From positions 15,446 to 79,445 of the forward strand of contig NZ_JBALDI010000011.1 in assembly GCF_036917395.1 (NCBI RefSeq): a stretch of DNA of 64,000 nt, read 5' to 3'. Positions 20,923-30,897 of the stretch are shown here, piece after piece. Source of the stretch: Nostoc sp. (lineage in GTDB: Bacteria > Cyanobacteriota > Cyanobacteriia > Cyanobacteriales > Nostocaceae). The first letter of the stretch is position 1, and every line of letters begins with the position of its first letter. Below the pieces are notes generated by a model, which saw only the letters and a list, made by a program, of their open reading frames with translations, did not search any database and was not told the DNA's origin. Position numbers and translations under genes: made by a program.

Positions 20923-21135
20923 AACTCGAAACTCCAAGCTTGGAACCCAAAACTTCAAGCTTGGAACACGAACGCCCGAATTCAATAAACGAACGCCCGA
21001 ATTCAATAAACGAACGCCCGAATTCAATAAACGAACACCCGAATTCAATAAACGAACACCCGAATTCAATAAACGAACGCCCGAATTCAATAAACGAACG
21101 CCCGAATTCAATAAACGAACGCCCGAATTCAATAA
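20923..21135. repeat. 21-bp tandem array between coxA and coxC
   Basis: 8 copies of ACGAAC(G/A)CCCGAATTCAATAA (20968-21135), preceded in register by 2 related 21-mers AAC(T/C)C(G/A)AAACT(C/T)CAAGCTTGG (20923-20964). Confidence 0.95.
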
Positions 21136-21285
21136 ACGAAACTCGGAATTTTCAAAATTCCTGAACAAGTCAAGGTTTGGCTAAACAAGGATTTTGGATA
21201 AAGAATGGAAATTTTGCTGGTTCAGACTTCATTCTTTATTCAAGGTTCCACAACAGACACAGTGGATAATATTGTCAATAAATCT

Positions 21286-21885
21286 ATGACTATAGCTACA
21301 ACGACGAGCGAAGATCACAGTGTAGGACACGAAGAACATCCAGATTTAAGAGTTTGGGGACTGTTAACATTCCTCGCCTCTGAATCCCTGATGTTTGGGG
21401 GATTTTTTGCCACTTATTTGTTTTTTAGAGGTACTACAGCCGTTTGGCCTCCAGAAGGGAGTGAAGTAGAACTACTTGTACCGACAATTAACACCATTAT
21501 TCTGGTGTCCAGTAGTTTCGTTATTCACTTCGGTGATTCGGCGATTAAAAAGAATGATGTCAAGGGAATGCAACTGTGGTATGGAATTACTGCAATCATG
21601 GGTGCAATTTTCTTGGGTGGTCAGGTTTATGAGTACTCAACATTAGGATACGGACTGACTACCAACGTTTTCGCTAACTGCTTTTATATCATGACTGGGT
21701 TCCACGGTTTGCACGTTTTTGTGGGACTGTTATTGATATTACGTGTATTGTGGCGATCGCGCCGTTCCGGTGAGTATTCTGCAACCAATCATACTTTCAT
21801 CGAAATGACAGAAATTTACTGGCACTTCGTAGACATTATCTGGATTGTTCTGTTTACCCTAGTGTACGTTCTGACTCTGTTTTAA
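21286..21885 (+). CDS. coxC: Cytochrome c oxidase subunit III
   Basis: FLASESLMFGGFF, TGFHGLHV and YWHFVD motifs; ATG at 21286. Confidence 0.95.
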   Translation: MTIATTTSEDHSVGHEEHPDLRVWGLLTFLASESLMFGGFFATYLFFRGTTAVWPPEGSEVELLVPTINTIILVSSSFVIHFGDSAIKKNDVKGMQLWYGITAIMGAIFLGGQVYEYSTLGYGLTTNVFANCFYIMTGFHGLHVFVGLLLILRVLWRSRRSGEYSATNHTFIEMTEIYWHFVDIIWIVLFTLVYVLTLF

Positions 21886-21957
21886 CAAAAGTTAGGAGTT
21901 AGAAATTATAAACTTCTAACTCCTCACTCCTCACTCCTCACTCTCAAAGAGATTATT

Positions 21958-22443
21958 ATGCAACTTGATGCAAACAAATTATCATGGTTTCAGGTTCCAG
22001 AGGACATCAAAAATTTATTAATTTTAGCTGCACAAAACTGGGATAATACATCAGAATCGGAAAAGTATATTCAACAAGCTTTAGCCGAAACTGGTGAAAA
22101 TACAGATGTCTTGGTAGCAGCATATAGATATTTCTATTATAAAAATAATTATTCTCTTGCTTTGCAAACAACAGCTAAATTATTAGATAAAATTAAAGAA
22201 CAAGAGAAATTTCCTGATGACTGGGAGCAACTTAAGCCTATATTAGTCAATCGCAAAGAAGACCCACAAATCCGATTGTACTTAAATGCTTATGCTGCTT
22301 CTGGATTAGTACTAGCAAATTTAGGAGAAATTGAGCAAGCAAAAGAAATCAGCACCAAAGTCAAAGAAATAGACGAAAAGAATGATTTCGGAGCCGGAAT
22401 TCTCCTAGATATTTTGACACGTCCAGCAGAAGAAGATGATTAA
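21958..22443 (+). CDS. Conserved helical (TPR-like) hypothetical protein of the cox2 operon
   Basis: Helical repeat composition; position after coxC as in other heterocystous strains. Confidence 0.7.
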   Translation: MQLDANKLSWFQVPEDIKNLLILAAQNWDNTSESEKYIQQALAETGENTDVLVAAYRYFYYKNNYSLALQTTAKLLDKIKEQEKFPDDWEQLKPILVNRKEDPQIRLYLNAYAASGLVLANLGEIEQAKEISTKVKEIDEKNDFGAGILLDILTRPAEEDD

Positions 22444-22470
22444 TTAGTCAAGAATCAAGGTGATACAATC

Positions 22471-22641
22471 ATGAACAATTGGTTATCTACTACATCGTAT
22501 TCCTCTTACTCCTTCTTGGGAGCGGGTACTAATAGTAACTCTATCATTCCTTCTATTAACGTACCTACTAAACTTGACGTAGGCAGTGTTCCTAATGTCT
22601 CTCCAATCATTGTCCTCCAATCTTATCGGCTATCATTTTAA
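22471..22641 (+). CDS. Putative 56-aa Ser/Thr-rich small protein
   Basis: AAGGTGA RBS-like sequence before ATG 22471; ORF fills the gap and ends 5 nt before the cupin start. Confidence 0.45.
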   Translation: MNNWLSTTSYSSYSFLGAGTNSNSIIPSINVPTKLDVGSVPNVSPIIVLQSYRLSF

Positions 22642-22646
22642 AAGTT

Positions 22647-23258
22647 ATGAAAGGTAAGGATTGGCTGCTAACGGGGGACGGTCAGCATCAAGCCTGCAAA
22701 TCTGTGAGAGCATGGGATTTATTGAGAGAAAATTACCGCCTTTATCGGTTTTTAACTGAGGTGGAAGATGTTCTCAATAGCGTTGACGATCAAGCCAGTC
22801 GTCTACCAGAACTTCAGATGCTCGTAAGGCGCTTGATAGTAAATTCTTACTGGGTACAAAGTCAGTATTTAGAGCCTTCGCCCAAAACGGGAACCTCTGT
22901 TTCACTCCTATACGATGAATTGGGTTTTCCGTTGACAGTGCAAACAGTAACATTTGCACCAGGAACCCGTTCAACCATTCATAATCATGGAACATGGGGA
23001 ATAGTGGCGGTGTTAAAAGGTCAAGAAAAAAATACTTTTTGGCAACGCACCCATAGCCCAGAATTTCAGGACAAAATTGAACAGACGGGAGAGTTAACTC
23101 TATTTCCAGGAGACATTATTAGCTTTACTCCTGATGCAATTCACTGTGTAGAAGCAATGGGTGATGAACCAACCGTGACTTTTAATGTCTACGGCGAAAC
23201 CGATCCGAATGAAAGATTTGAGTTTGATCCGGTTAAATATAGTGCTAAAAACTTTTAG
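22647..23258 (+). CDS. Cupin, cysteine-dioxygenase-like metalloprotein
   Basis: STIHNHGTWGIV...GQEKN and DAIHCV His triad. Confidence 0.8.
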   Translation: MKGKDWLLTGDGQHQACKSVRAWDLLRENYRLYRFLTEVEDVLNSVDDQASRLPELQMLVRRLIVNSYWVQSQYLEPSPKTGTSVSLLYDELGFPLTVQTVTFAPGTRSTIHNHGTWGIVAVLKGQEKNTFWQRTHSPEFQDKIEQTGELTLFPGDIISFTPDAIHCVEAMGDEPTVTFNVYGETDPNERFEFDPVKYSAKNF

Positions 23259-23328
23259 CACCATCTGATAGGGGCGCATAGCTGCGCGCCCCCAAAAACG
23301 AATTGTATTTCACTAAGAGGTAGTTAAT

Positions 23329-23856
23329 ATGGCAAGAGTAATTTTCTATAGTAAACCAGGCTGTCAAGGTGGTACTAAGCAAAAAGTTTTGCTAACAGCT
23401 GCTGGTCATGAGGTGGTAGCATACGACCTGTTAACAGAACCTTGGACAGTTGAGCGGTTGCGTTCATTTTTTGGCGATCGCCCCGTAGCCGAATGGTTTA
23501 ATCCTTCCTCCCCAAAGATAAAATCGGGTGAAATAGTTCCTGAAAAAACTGATGCAGAAACCGCTTTGCAGTTGATGTTGAGAGAGCCACTGTTAATTCG
23601 CCGTCCTTTATTAGAAATAGGCGATGCCTCCGGCGGGCAAAGCCTACGCCGCGAGGTAGGATTCGATATACAAAAGATTGATGCTTGGATTGGCTTAAAG
23701 CCTGCGGACGAATCCTTGCAGGAAATGAGCGAAAATCTGATGAAGCAAGATTTGCAAAACTGCTCCCACAGTCATGATCAGCCTAAGAAACAAGGAGACT
23801 GTAATCACGGTCACGGTTCTCAACAACACCAAAAGCAAGGCAGCTGCAACCATTAG
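23329..23856 (+). CDS. Nitrogenase-associated protein (ArsC/Spx family) with His/Cys-rich tail
   Basis: FYSKPGC, PLLIRRPLL and REVGFD motifs. Confidence 0.85.
   Translation: MARVIFYSKPGCQGGTKQKVLLTAAGHEVVAYDLLTEPWTVERLRSFFGDRPVAEWFNPSSPKIKSGEIVPEKTDAETALQLMLREPLLIRRPLLEIGDASGGQSLRREVGFDIQKIDAWIGLKPADESLQEMSENLMKQDLQNCSHSHDQPKKQGDCNHGHGSQQHQKQGSCNH
23621..23649 (+). repeat. 21-nt SDR-type insert within a HIP1 site, in frame
   Basis: GCGAT[GCCTCCGGCGGGCAAAGCCTA]CGC; removing 21 nt restores GCGATCGC. Confidence 0.8.
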
Positions 23857-24223
23857 TACAGCGTTTTTGCAGTGATGTAATCTAGTTAAAACCTGAGTTA
23901 TTGAGCTTGAGATGCAACAATGCTCCCAAGTCTCAACATCCAACTTTGGAGTGAATTAGTATTTGCAACATTTAAGGCAAAAATATACTTATTTTTGCCT
24001 CAAATGTTACAAAGCTAAACTTGCATGGGCATATTAAGAATGCTTATATTGTAAGAAAAAACAATGACAGATCACGTAAAGGTTTCTCAGTAAATAAGAA
24101 AATGGGAAGCGATCGCTTAATCTCTATTATAAACTCCAAAAAACAACCCCTGCATTTATACAGGGGTTGTGCAAGTTTATTGCCAAAATCATTACTGATT
24201 ACCGACTAGGGAACACTATCAAG

Positions 24224-26572
24224 TTAATACTCTATTGAAGTTGCTAAGAAATTTGGAGTGCCTTTGCCACCATTTTGACCAACAGCAGGGATTTCCAGTA
24301 AGCTATCTGTAGCTTTGCCAGTGCCGTCGTCGGTAACGTAGGTAGAGTCACCCGGATGTCCATTGGGAACGAACAGTTGCGGATGGTCAAAAGGCGCTTT
24401 CTCATAACGGACTCGCTCATCAGTAAGTGCTTTCAGGAAAGCTACCAGCGCTTGTTTGTCTTCTGGCTTCAAGCCCAGCGGCCCAAGAAAGCCTAAGTCC
24501 CCGCCCCGATTGTAAAAATCAATCACTTGTTCTAAGGTCGCCTGACCTCCATTGTGGAAGTAAGGGGCAGTCAGTTCCACATTGCGAAGTCCAGGTGCTT
24601 TGAAAGCTCCGTCTGCAATCACAGATTCAGTAGAATTCAACGGTGGATTCAAGGTTGGGGGCTTCTCGCCTAAGAGAGCCTCAAATTTTCCCTGCTGGGC
24701 TAATCGTGCCTCCGAGAGCGGATTATTATCATTTGAACCGTCATTACCACCCAAACCAGGGTCGTCTGCGTCGGGTCTGACGCCGATCCTGAAAAAGCCA
24801 GTATCTTCGGGGGGCTTCGTCGTTGGAGGGAATGGCGCACGTGCGATTCGTCCTCTTTGAGCTACGCTGCTCACTGAAGCCAATGTCAATTCTGATCCTC
24901 CGTGACAGGCAATGCACCCATTACCCTGGAAAAGGTTCCATCCCTTCTGTTGCTGGTCAGCCAAGGGGTAAATCTTTGGATTACTTAAGAACTTATCAAA
25001 AGGTGTATTGTCAGACACCAGTGTTGACTCATACGCTTGAATTGCCAGTCCAAAGTAGAGCGAGAAGTTGTACTCCATCAGGGTGTACTCGTTGGTCTTC
25101 AAGAAGCGCTGTGGCTTGCGGACAAAGGTTCGCTCCCCTGTATCTTGATTAATTCTGACGATTATATTGGATTGCCACCACTCCGACTTAAAGGCATCTT
25201 TGATTAAGGCCTCATAGGACTTGTTCAGACCTTTTTTGGCAGACTTGGCAGACGATTTAGTCAAAGACCCTAACACGCTGTCATCATAAGCCACAATCTG
25301 TTTAGCAAGGGGCTGTAAGGCAAGTAGCTTCTTACCAAGCTTCCTGCCAAACCTTTTTAAAGGCTTGGGATCTTTTGGTGCTAAAGTTTTTTTACTTTGT
25401 TTCTCTGGGTCTGACGTAAGCTGGGTGTCAATAACCTGACCTTTGCTGTCAGACACGGTAACCTTATCCTCTGTTTCGGACAGATCAGCCCTCAAAGGGG
25501 CAATGATAACGGTGTTTTCACCCGCTGTCTCAAACGCATTGAGCGGTGGACCTACGGCTTGTGAAGCCAAAGACGAATTATTTAGCTTGACTTGCACATC
25601 TTCTAACCGCCTCGGCTTGGTTGCTTTCAAAACGTAAGCATTAGGGTCTCTCAACCCCAAAGGACTTACACCGTTGAAGTTGTTCTGAGCTAGTCCATTC
25701 CAGAAGTTACGAAAGTTGAACACTGCGTTGATCACCGTCGGTGAATTGCGAGGTGTTACCCGGCGGACGTTTGTACCGTTTACATTGAAGACATCATCTT
25801 TCTCAAACGTCACTTTATCCTTGTCACTGCCAGGAACAACGTCTTGAAATTTTGCCCGGAAGACTCCCTCTGAGCCAGTAACATCATTAGTGTCAAAGAC
25901 AACGTTCGAGGTTCTGTCATTCGGGTCTGCTAGCTTATGGAATGGGTAATCTAATGCTGTCAGCTGGTTGTTTGGGCCGCCTCCATTAGTGAAGGTGGTG
26001 AAGGTTGTGTCCACCAGACCTGGGTTAATCTGGTTTTTGGATCTGCTATCTGCTCCGGCATGAAAGTGACAACTAGCACAAGACTGGATACCATCAAAGC
26101 CAAGCTGCATATCCCAGAAAAGAGACTTTCCTAGTGCGATCGCAGCTTTTTCGTCCTTGACAAATTCCGCTAAATTCGTTGGTTTTGGAACACCTACCTT
26201 TGAGAGCGGAACTAGCCCGCCAGTTGTTACCTGTGCTGATACAGTATTTCCAGCTATTACTGCCGCTATGATCACAACAGCAATTGTTGTAGTTTTTGAC
26301 AATTTTGATACCAGTCGGCTACTATGACCAGAGTTAAATCTCCATCCTCTGCGTTTGATGTCAAAGGAGAAATTAGACAGCGAAACTACTTTATGATCAG
26401 ACTTATGATAGTCAAATAGTGGTAGTTTGAGTTTGTCAACTAAGCTCTGAATCGCTTGCTTAACCTTTGTTACCGCCGATTTGAGCAAAAATCGACCTCT
26501 TGAGGTTAGTAGTAAGTAGATTGGTAAGCTTGTAAAAAGCACTACCAAAATAATTATGGCTGTAATTACCAT
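24224..26572 (-). CDS. Di-heme cytochrome c peroxidase / MauG family protein
   Basis: Two CxxCH motifs (CASCH, CIACH), RNSPTVINA, and FKAPGLRNVELTAPYFHNG. Confidence 0.9.
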   Translation of the reverse strand: MVITAIIILVVLFTSLPIYLLLTSRGRFLLKSAVTKVKQAIQSLVDKLKLPLFDYHKSDHKVVSLSNFSFDIKRRGWRFNSGHSSRLVSKLSKTTTIAVVIIAAVIAGNTVSAQVTTGGLVPLSKVGVPKPTNLAEFVKDEKAAIALGKSLFWDMQLGFDGIQSCASCHFHAGADSRSKNQINPGLVDTTFTTFTNGGGPNNQLTALDYPFHKLADPNDRTSNVVFDTNDVTGSEGVFRAKFQDVVPGSDKDKVTFEKDDVFNVNGTNVRRVTPRNSPTVINAVFNFRNFWNGLAQNNFNGVSPLGLRDPNAYVLKATKPRRLEDVQVKLNNSSLASQAVGPPLNAFETAGENTVIIAPLRADLSETEDKVTVSDSKGQVIDTQLTSDPEKQSKKTLAPKDPKPLKRFGRKLGKKLLALQPLAKQIVAYDDSVLGSLTKSSAKSAKKGLNKSYEALIKDAFKSEWWQSNIIVRINQDTGERTFVRKPQRFLKTNEYTLMEYNFSLYFGLAIQAYESTLVSDNTPFDKFLSNPKIYPLADQQQKGWNLFQGNGCIACHGGSELTLASVSSVAQRGRIARAPFPPTTKPPEDTGFFRIGVRPDADDPGLGGNDGSNDNNPLSEARLAQQGKFEALLGEKPPTLNPPLNSTESVIADGAFKAPGLRNVELTAPYFHNGGQATLEQVIDFYNRGGDLGFLGPLGLKPEDKQALVAFLKALTDERVRYEKAPFDHPQLFVPNGHPGDSTYVTDDGTGKATDSLLEIPAVGQNGGKGTPNFLATSIEY

Positions 26573-26823
26573 GATATTTGCGTTATAAAAAGCGCCTCAT
26601 AGATTCTACAGCGTAGAATGACTTATAATTTATACCCACACAGGAATTAGCAAATTCTTTAAAGAAGAATTCAGAAAACAGCATAAAATTCACAATTATA
26701 GACTTCTTACAAAAAAGTTTTGTAGTATACTGTTAGTTTTAATAAATTTTAGACAACTGAAGTAGCTGAAGGTCATAGTTATAAATTCCTGCAATTAAGT
26801 AGCAGCGCAATACAAAACTTTTA

Positions 26824-26982
26824 GAACACTCTCGCGATCGTAGTGCATTTAACTTTTTAGTTAACTTGATGGCTGGTTTTGCTGCTTATACCTATTTGCC
26901 TAAAAAATCTTTGATTGAGATTTACCCAAAAGATTTGCCTGCACTGCCTCCTGACGTTTTTTAGTTCCGTCGAACTCACGTT
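26824..26982 (+). mobile_element. IS982-family transposase 3' remnant with element end
   Basis: Translates EHSRDRSAFNFLVNLMAGFAAYTYLPKKSLIEIYPKDLPALPPDVF*, followed by TTCCGTCGAACTCACGTT; recognised as an IS982-type C-terminus. Confidence 0.65.
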
Positions 26983-27162
26983 AAAATACGGGTGCGATCG
27001 CTGCGACAAAAGCTGGAATGCTTGGAGTATGGCTTGACCTTCGCAGATGCCTGCGCTATTAGCAAAGCTAACAAGCGCAACCACCTGAGGAAGCATCAGC
27101 AGGAGATGAAACAGACAGGTGAGGATCATTACTCTACTGTCTGGCTTATCCTCCTTATCTAT

Positions 27163-28122
27163 TTAACGGACGCTAGCAGTTTCTAAAGACAAATCTTGAA
27201 ACATGGGTGTGCTGAGGTAACGTTCTCCAAAGGAAGGCTGAATCATCACGATTAAACGTCCGGCATTTTCTTTTCGTTTACCGACTTGAATTGCGGCGCA
27301 CAAAGCTGCACCAGATGAGATCCCAGACAATAAGCCTTCTTCTTTTGCTAAACGTCGCCCATAGGCGATCGCTTGTTCATCGCTGACTCTAATTACTTCA
27401 TCGACTAATTCTAGACGGAGAACATCTGGGATAAATCCGGCACCAATACCTTGAATTTTATGTGGCCCGGCTTCACCGCCAGAGAGGACTGGGCTGTTGC
27501 TGGGTTCAATTGCGATCGCCTGAAAAGTCTGCTTGCGCTGTTTGATTACTTCTGCAATACCAGTAATTGTCCCACCAGTACCTACCCCAGCAATAACGAT
27601 ATCCACTTCCCCGTCTGTATCTGCCCAAATTTCTTCTGCGGTGGTTTCTTGGTGAACTTTGGGATTAGCAGGGTTGCGGAACTGTTGCAGCATAAAAGCA
27701 TTGGGAGTATTAGCCACAATTTCTTCGGCTTTGCGAATAGCTCCCCGCATCCCCTCAGCACCTGGTGTCAATTCTAAAGACGCACCATAAGCTCTGAGCA
27801 TAGCTCGTCGTTCTTGGCTCATCGTCTCTGGCATTGTCAAAATCAAACGGTAGCCACGCGCCGCTGCTACCATCGCTAGAGCAATTCCTGTATTACCTGA
27901 GGTAGGCTCTACTAAAATGGTTTTTCCAGGGAAAATTGAGCCGGCTGCTTCTGCTGAGAGTACCATACTTAACCCAATGCGGTCTTTCACCGAAGCCGCT
28001 GGGTTCATTCCTTCTAATTTGACAACTATTCTTGCTACTACTCCCTCAGCTTGAGGAATCTTGTTCAGTTGAACTAAAGGAGTTCGTCCGATAAGTTCTG
28101 TTACATCTTGAGCAATTCGCAT
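27163..28122 (-). CDS. cysK: Cysteine synthase A
   Basis: PAASVKDRI (PLP Lys), [15 protein letters not shown] and SFGERYLST. Confidence 0.97.
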   Translation of the reverse strand: MRIAQDVTELIGRTPLVQLNKIPQAEGVVARIVVKLEGMNPAASVKDRIGLSMVLSAEAAGSIFPGKTILVEPTSGNTGIALAMVAAARGYRLILTMPETMSQERRAMLRAYGASLELTPGAEGMRGAIRKAEEIVANTPNAFMLQQFRNPANPKVHQETTAEEIWADTDGEVDIVIAGVGTGGTITGIAEVIKQRKQTFQAIAIEPSNSPVLSGGEAGPHKIQGIGAGFIPDVLRLELVDEVIRVSDEQAIAYGRRLAKEEGLLSGISSGAALCAAIQVGKRKENAGRLIVMIQPSFGERYLSTPMFQDLSLETASVR

Positions 28123-29135
28123 TATTTAACTCCTAAAATCCTAAATCTAAGTACAGAGTATTTACTTATAACAATAAGCTTTTGTGTATTTAATTTTTAG
28201 TTTAGTGTCCATGAGTGCATATACTATGTATTCTAACTCAACCACAAAAAATGAAAGTTTAGGAAGAACTTTTATCCGATGTTCCCATTGATTCTAACTT
28301 CAGCAGAGGTCTGGCAAGCCATACTTCTATTTTACCATTTGGAATTGCTGACTATTGCCTCTTGGGCTGAAATTCAATTTCTCTAATTCTGTATATATAA
28401 TTTTTACCATTTTCTATTTGTTATGGAAATATAATTTGCTTTCAAAACATTTAATTGTTTTTCCTAATTTATTAGTCTATCTTTATCAAGAGACATTGAT
28501 ATTTGATTTTGAGTGCAGGTTTTGTTTGCTCAAAATTGCATCAAAAACAGTCCTTAACCTTTGCTTACATTGCTTTGAGGTTGAGTGCAGAAATACCAGA
28601 ACCCCACCTCATAAATACTAGAACCCCGTCCTAAAAACACTAGCACCCATACCCCAATAAATTTTTCTAAGACTTATCAGATGGGAATTTCAAGCTTTGA
28701 GTACTATTCTAATAAATTTAATAATCTTAACGGGGCTAGAGTAAACTGTTTTGTGGAGAGCGGCTGATATAAATCGTATAGGATTTACGCAGAGATTCCC
28801 CTCTACCCCCCAACATTCCTGAGCGAAAGCTTAGTGAACTAGGGGGGACTTCTTAATCTCTCTTTTGAGAGTAGGATGAAACCATATTCTTTGAATCTGA
28901 GTGCGTTATTGATGACTGAATAATCCTACATTTTGTAAAAAGGTTGGTAACTTTTTAGTGGTCAGTGGTCAGTGGTAATTAGACAAATAACTGGCCACTA
29001 ATGATTGTAAAATTACCTGTTACATATATTTTAATATCAAAACTGTTTAATAGGTAGAAATATATAACTACTTTGGATAAACAGCAAAAGATATTTTCTT
29101 ACTGGGTGCATACTACCTAGCAAGGGAGAGCCAAG

Positions 29136-29558
29136 ATGAAAGCCAAACTTTTAAATGTTCTTATAGTTTGCGTAGTTACCTTAGCAGTGCTTTCTCCAGA
29201 ACTAGTAGTATTTGGTATAGTTTGGGAGCGACATCTGGAGTTAGTAAAATCCCAGAATTTAGCCTGCGAAGTTAACAAGACTAGTACAGATGCTCCCACC
29301 TTGGCTCCCCAGACAGAAGGTACACATTCCCCTCAGACTAGCATCCAATTCTCTGACCGTAATGTAGTTCATCAAATGCTGACTGTTGCTGAACAATATA
29401 AATTTACCACTATCCTGCAATGGTTCTTCTTGTTAACCCCTATTTGTATTGGGTTAGGGATTCTCTTTTACGACAGATATCTTGTTCATCGTGCGGCTGT
29501 TTTAAAAGAACAAGTTGAAATGTTGGAAAGACTGTGGCAGCAAAGTATCGAACAGTAA
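29136..29558 (+). CDS. Hypothetical membrane protein
   Basis: Hydrophobic segments at the N-terminus and near the C-terminus; first of a three-gene run. Confidence 0.7.
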   Translation: MKAKLLNVLIVCVVTLAVLSPELVVFGIVWERHLELVKSQNLACEVNKTSTDAPTLAPQTEGTHSPQTSIQFSDRNVVHQMLTVAEQYKFTTILQWFFLLTPICIGLGILFYDRYLVHRAAVLKEQVEMLERLWQQSIEQ

Positions 29559-29597
29559 CCAATTCGCAATTTACTCACTCCAATCAACAAAAATACC

Positions 29598-29879
29598 ATG
29601 ACAGAACAACGCGAACAGCTATATTTTAATCTGATTGATGAGTTACTAAAATGCCCTAATGGTCAGGAACCAGAAGTTTTAGAATCTCATCCAGAATTGA
29701 TTGATTCTGGCTTAGTAGAAACAATGTTACAAGTAGCAACCATGTTTGCCCATGAAGGCAATCAAGATGGTGCACAATTTTTATTTTTTGTGGGGCGTGA
29801 GCTAGCTAAAGAACTCGGTTTATACCCGGAAGTTCCCAATACTGAAGTTGCAAATCCTGAAGCTGCAAATAAGGAGTAA
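29598..29879 (+). CDS. Small helical hypothetical protein
   Basis: LIDELLKCPNGQEPEVL motif resembles the N-terminal module of cyanobacterial TPR/CHAT proteins. Confidence 0.7.
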   Translation: MTEQREQLYFNLIDELLKCPNGQEPEVLESHPELIDSGLVETMLQVATMFAHEGNQDGAQFLFFVGRELAKELGLYPEVPNTEVANPEAANKE

Positions 29880-29881
29880 AA

Positions 29882-30193
29882 ATGCTGTTGACTTCAACGG
29901 ATGCGGGACAAATAGCTTTAGAACTGCTCATGGCAGATTGGAACATTTCAGAAGAGAATAGGGAGTGGTTCACAATCTTTAACTCTCGTCTAATTGGCGA
30001 GAGTTGGTACACTGTGGAACTAGGTGTACAAGGATTTCCAGATAGATGGTTTCTTCAAGTATATGACAATGGAGTATGTGATCCAAACTATACATTTATA
30101 TCACCTATCGGTGGTTCTGAAGGATTCACAGATGTCAAAAATGTGCCAGATATTATAGCAGAGGTCTTAGTTTGTGAACGGAATACTCGATAA
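29882..30193 (+). CDS. Conserved-type hypothetical protein
   Basis: Starts 2 nt after the previous stop; 103 aa. Confidence 0.7.
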   Translation: MLLTSTDAGQIALELLMADWNISEENREWFTIFNSRLIGESWYTVELGVQGFPDRWFLQVYDNGVCDPNYTFISPIGGSEGFTDVKNVPDIIAEVLVCERNTR

Positions 30194-30513
30194 CAAAACT
30201 TAATAATTAAAATTGAGGAATTCAAAATTTAAATGTGTTACTTCAATGCACTTTGTTTGAATTCATAATTTTTAATTGAATGTAATTGGTGTTTGGGAAT
30301 TAGGTAATTTCAGGATAACTGTTTTCTGCTTTAACCCCAATACTTTTATATTTAATCTCTCATAAAAGTGCTTAACGCAAAAATGAGGTGAAACCAAATA
30401 AGGTACACCTCTTTTTTTATGTAATATAAAATTGAATATTTAATATTTTATTCAAAGTATGTCAGCTATTTTGTCATATTTGATTGACAAAATTATGTTA
30501 TATTAATAGCGTG

Positions 30514-30876
30514 ATGGACGCTACAGAAATCTCATTTCAAATGATTGCTGAAGACATCTTAGCCAAAGAGTTTACAAGAGTCCTCAACCACTACTACCCA
30601 AAAGTTGGGGAATTACTAGATGGGTGTTATGTGAAAGTTATCACCTGTTTTTGGGGACTGCCTGCCAGACGCTTGCAATATATAGGAATTTATTGCTCTG
30701 ACGAAATGATTTCCTATGTGCAAGCTCACAAAGAAATACTTAGAGAAGTAGCAGACAACATGGGTCTAGTGCAAGTAGTCTGCATGAATGCCAAGCGATT
30801 GTTGCGCGATCCGATGTCGAAGCTCAAAGAAAACAACCCACGCCTATGGTTGGAGTTGCAGTGGGTTGCCACCTAA
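30514..30876 (+). CDS. Hypothetical protein
   Basis: ATG at 30514; 21 nt upstream of the LLM gene. Confidence 0.65.
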   Translation: MDATEISFQMIAEDILAKEFTRVLNHYYPKVGELLDGCYVKVITCFWGLPARRLQYIGIYCSDEMISYVQAHKEILREVADNMGLVQVVCMNAKRLLRDPMSKLKENNPRLWLELQWVAT

Positions 30877-30897
30877 AATAGCGATCACAAATAAGTA

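Noticed and set aside
20923-21135. Tandem arrays (also 40228-40500 and 49236-49503) as CRISPR arrays
   Set aside because: Units are contiguous with no unique spacers, and there are no cas genes in the window.
20905-21184. ORFs in the repeat arrays (20905-21168, 20918-21184, 20940-21164, 49177-49557, 49212-49538) as genes
   Set aside because: They are open only because a stop-free 21-mer repeats; no RBS or domain support.
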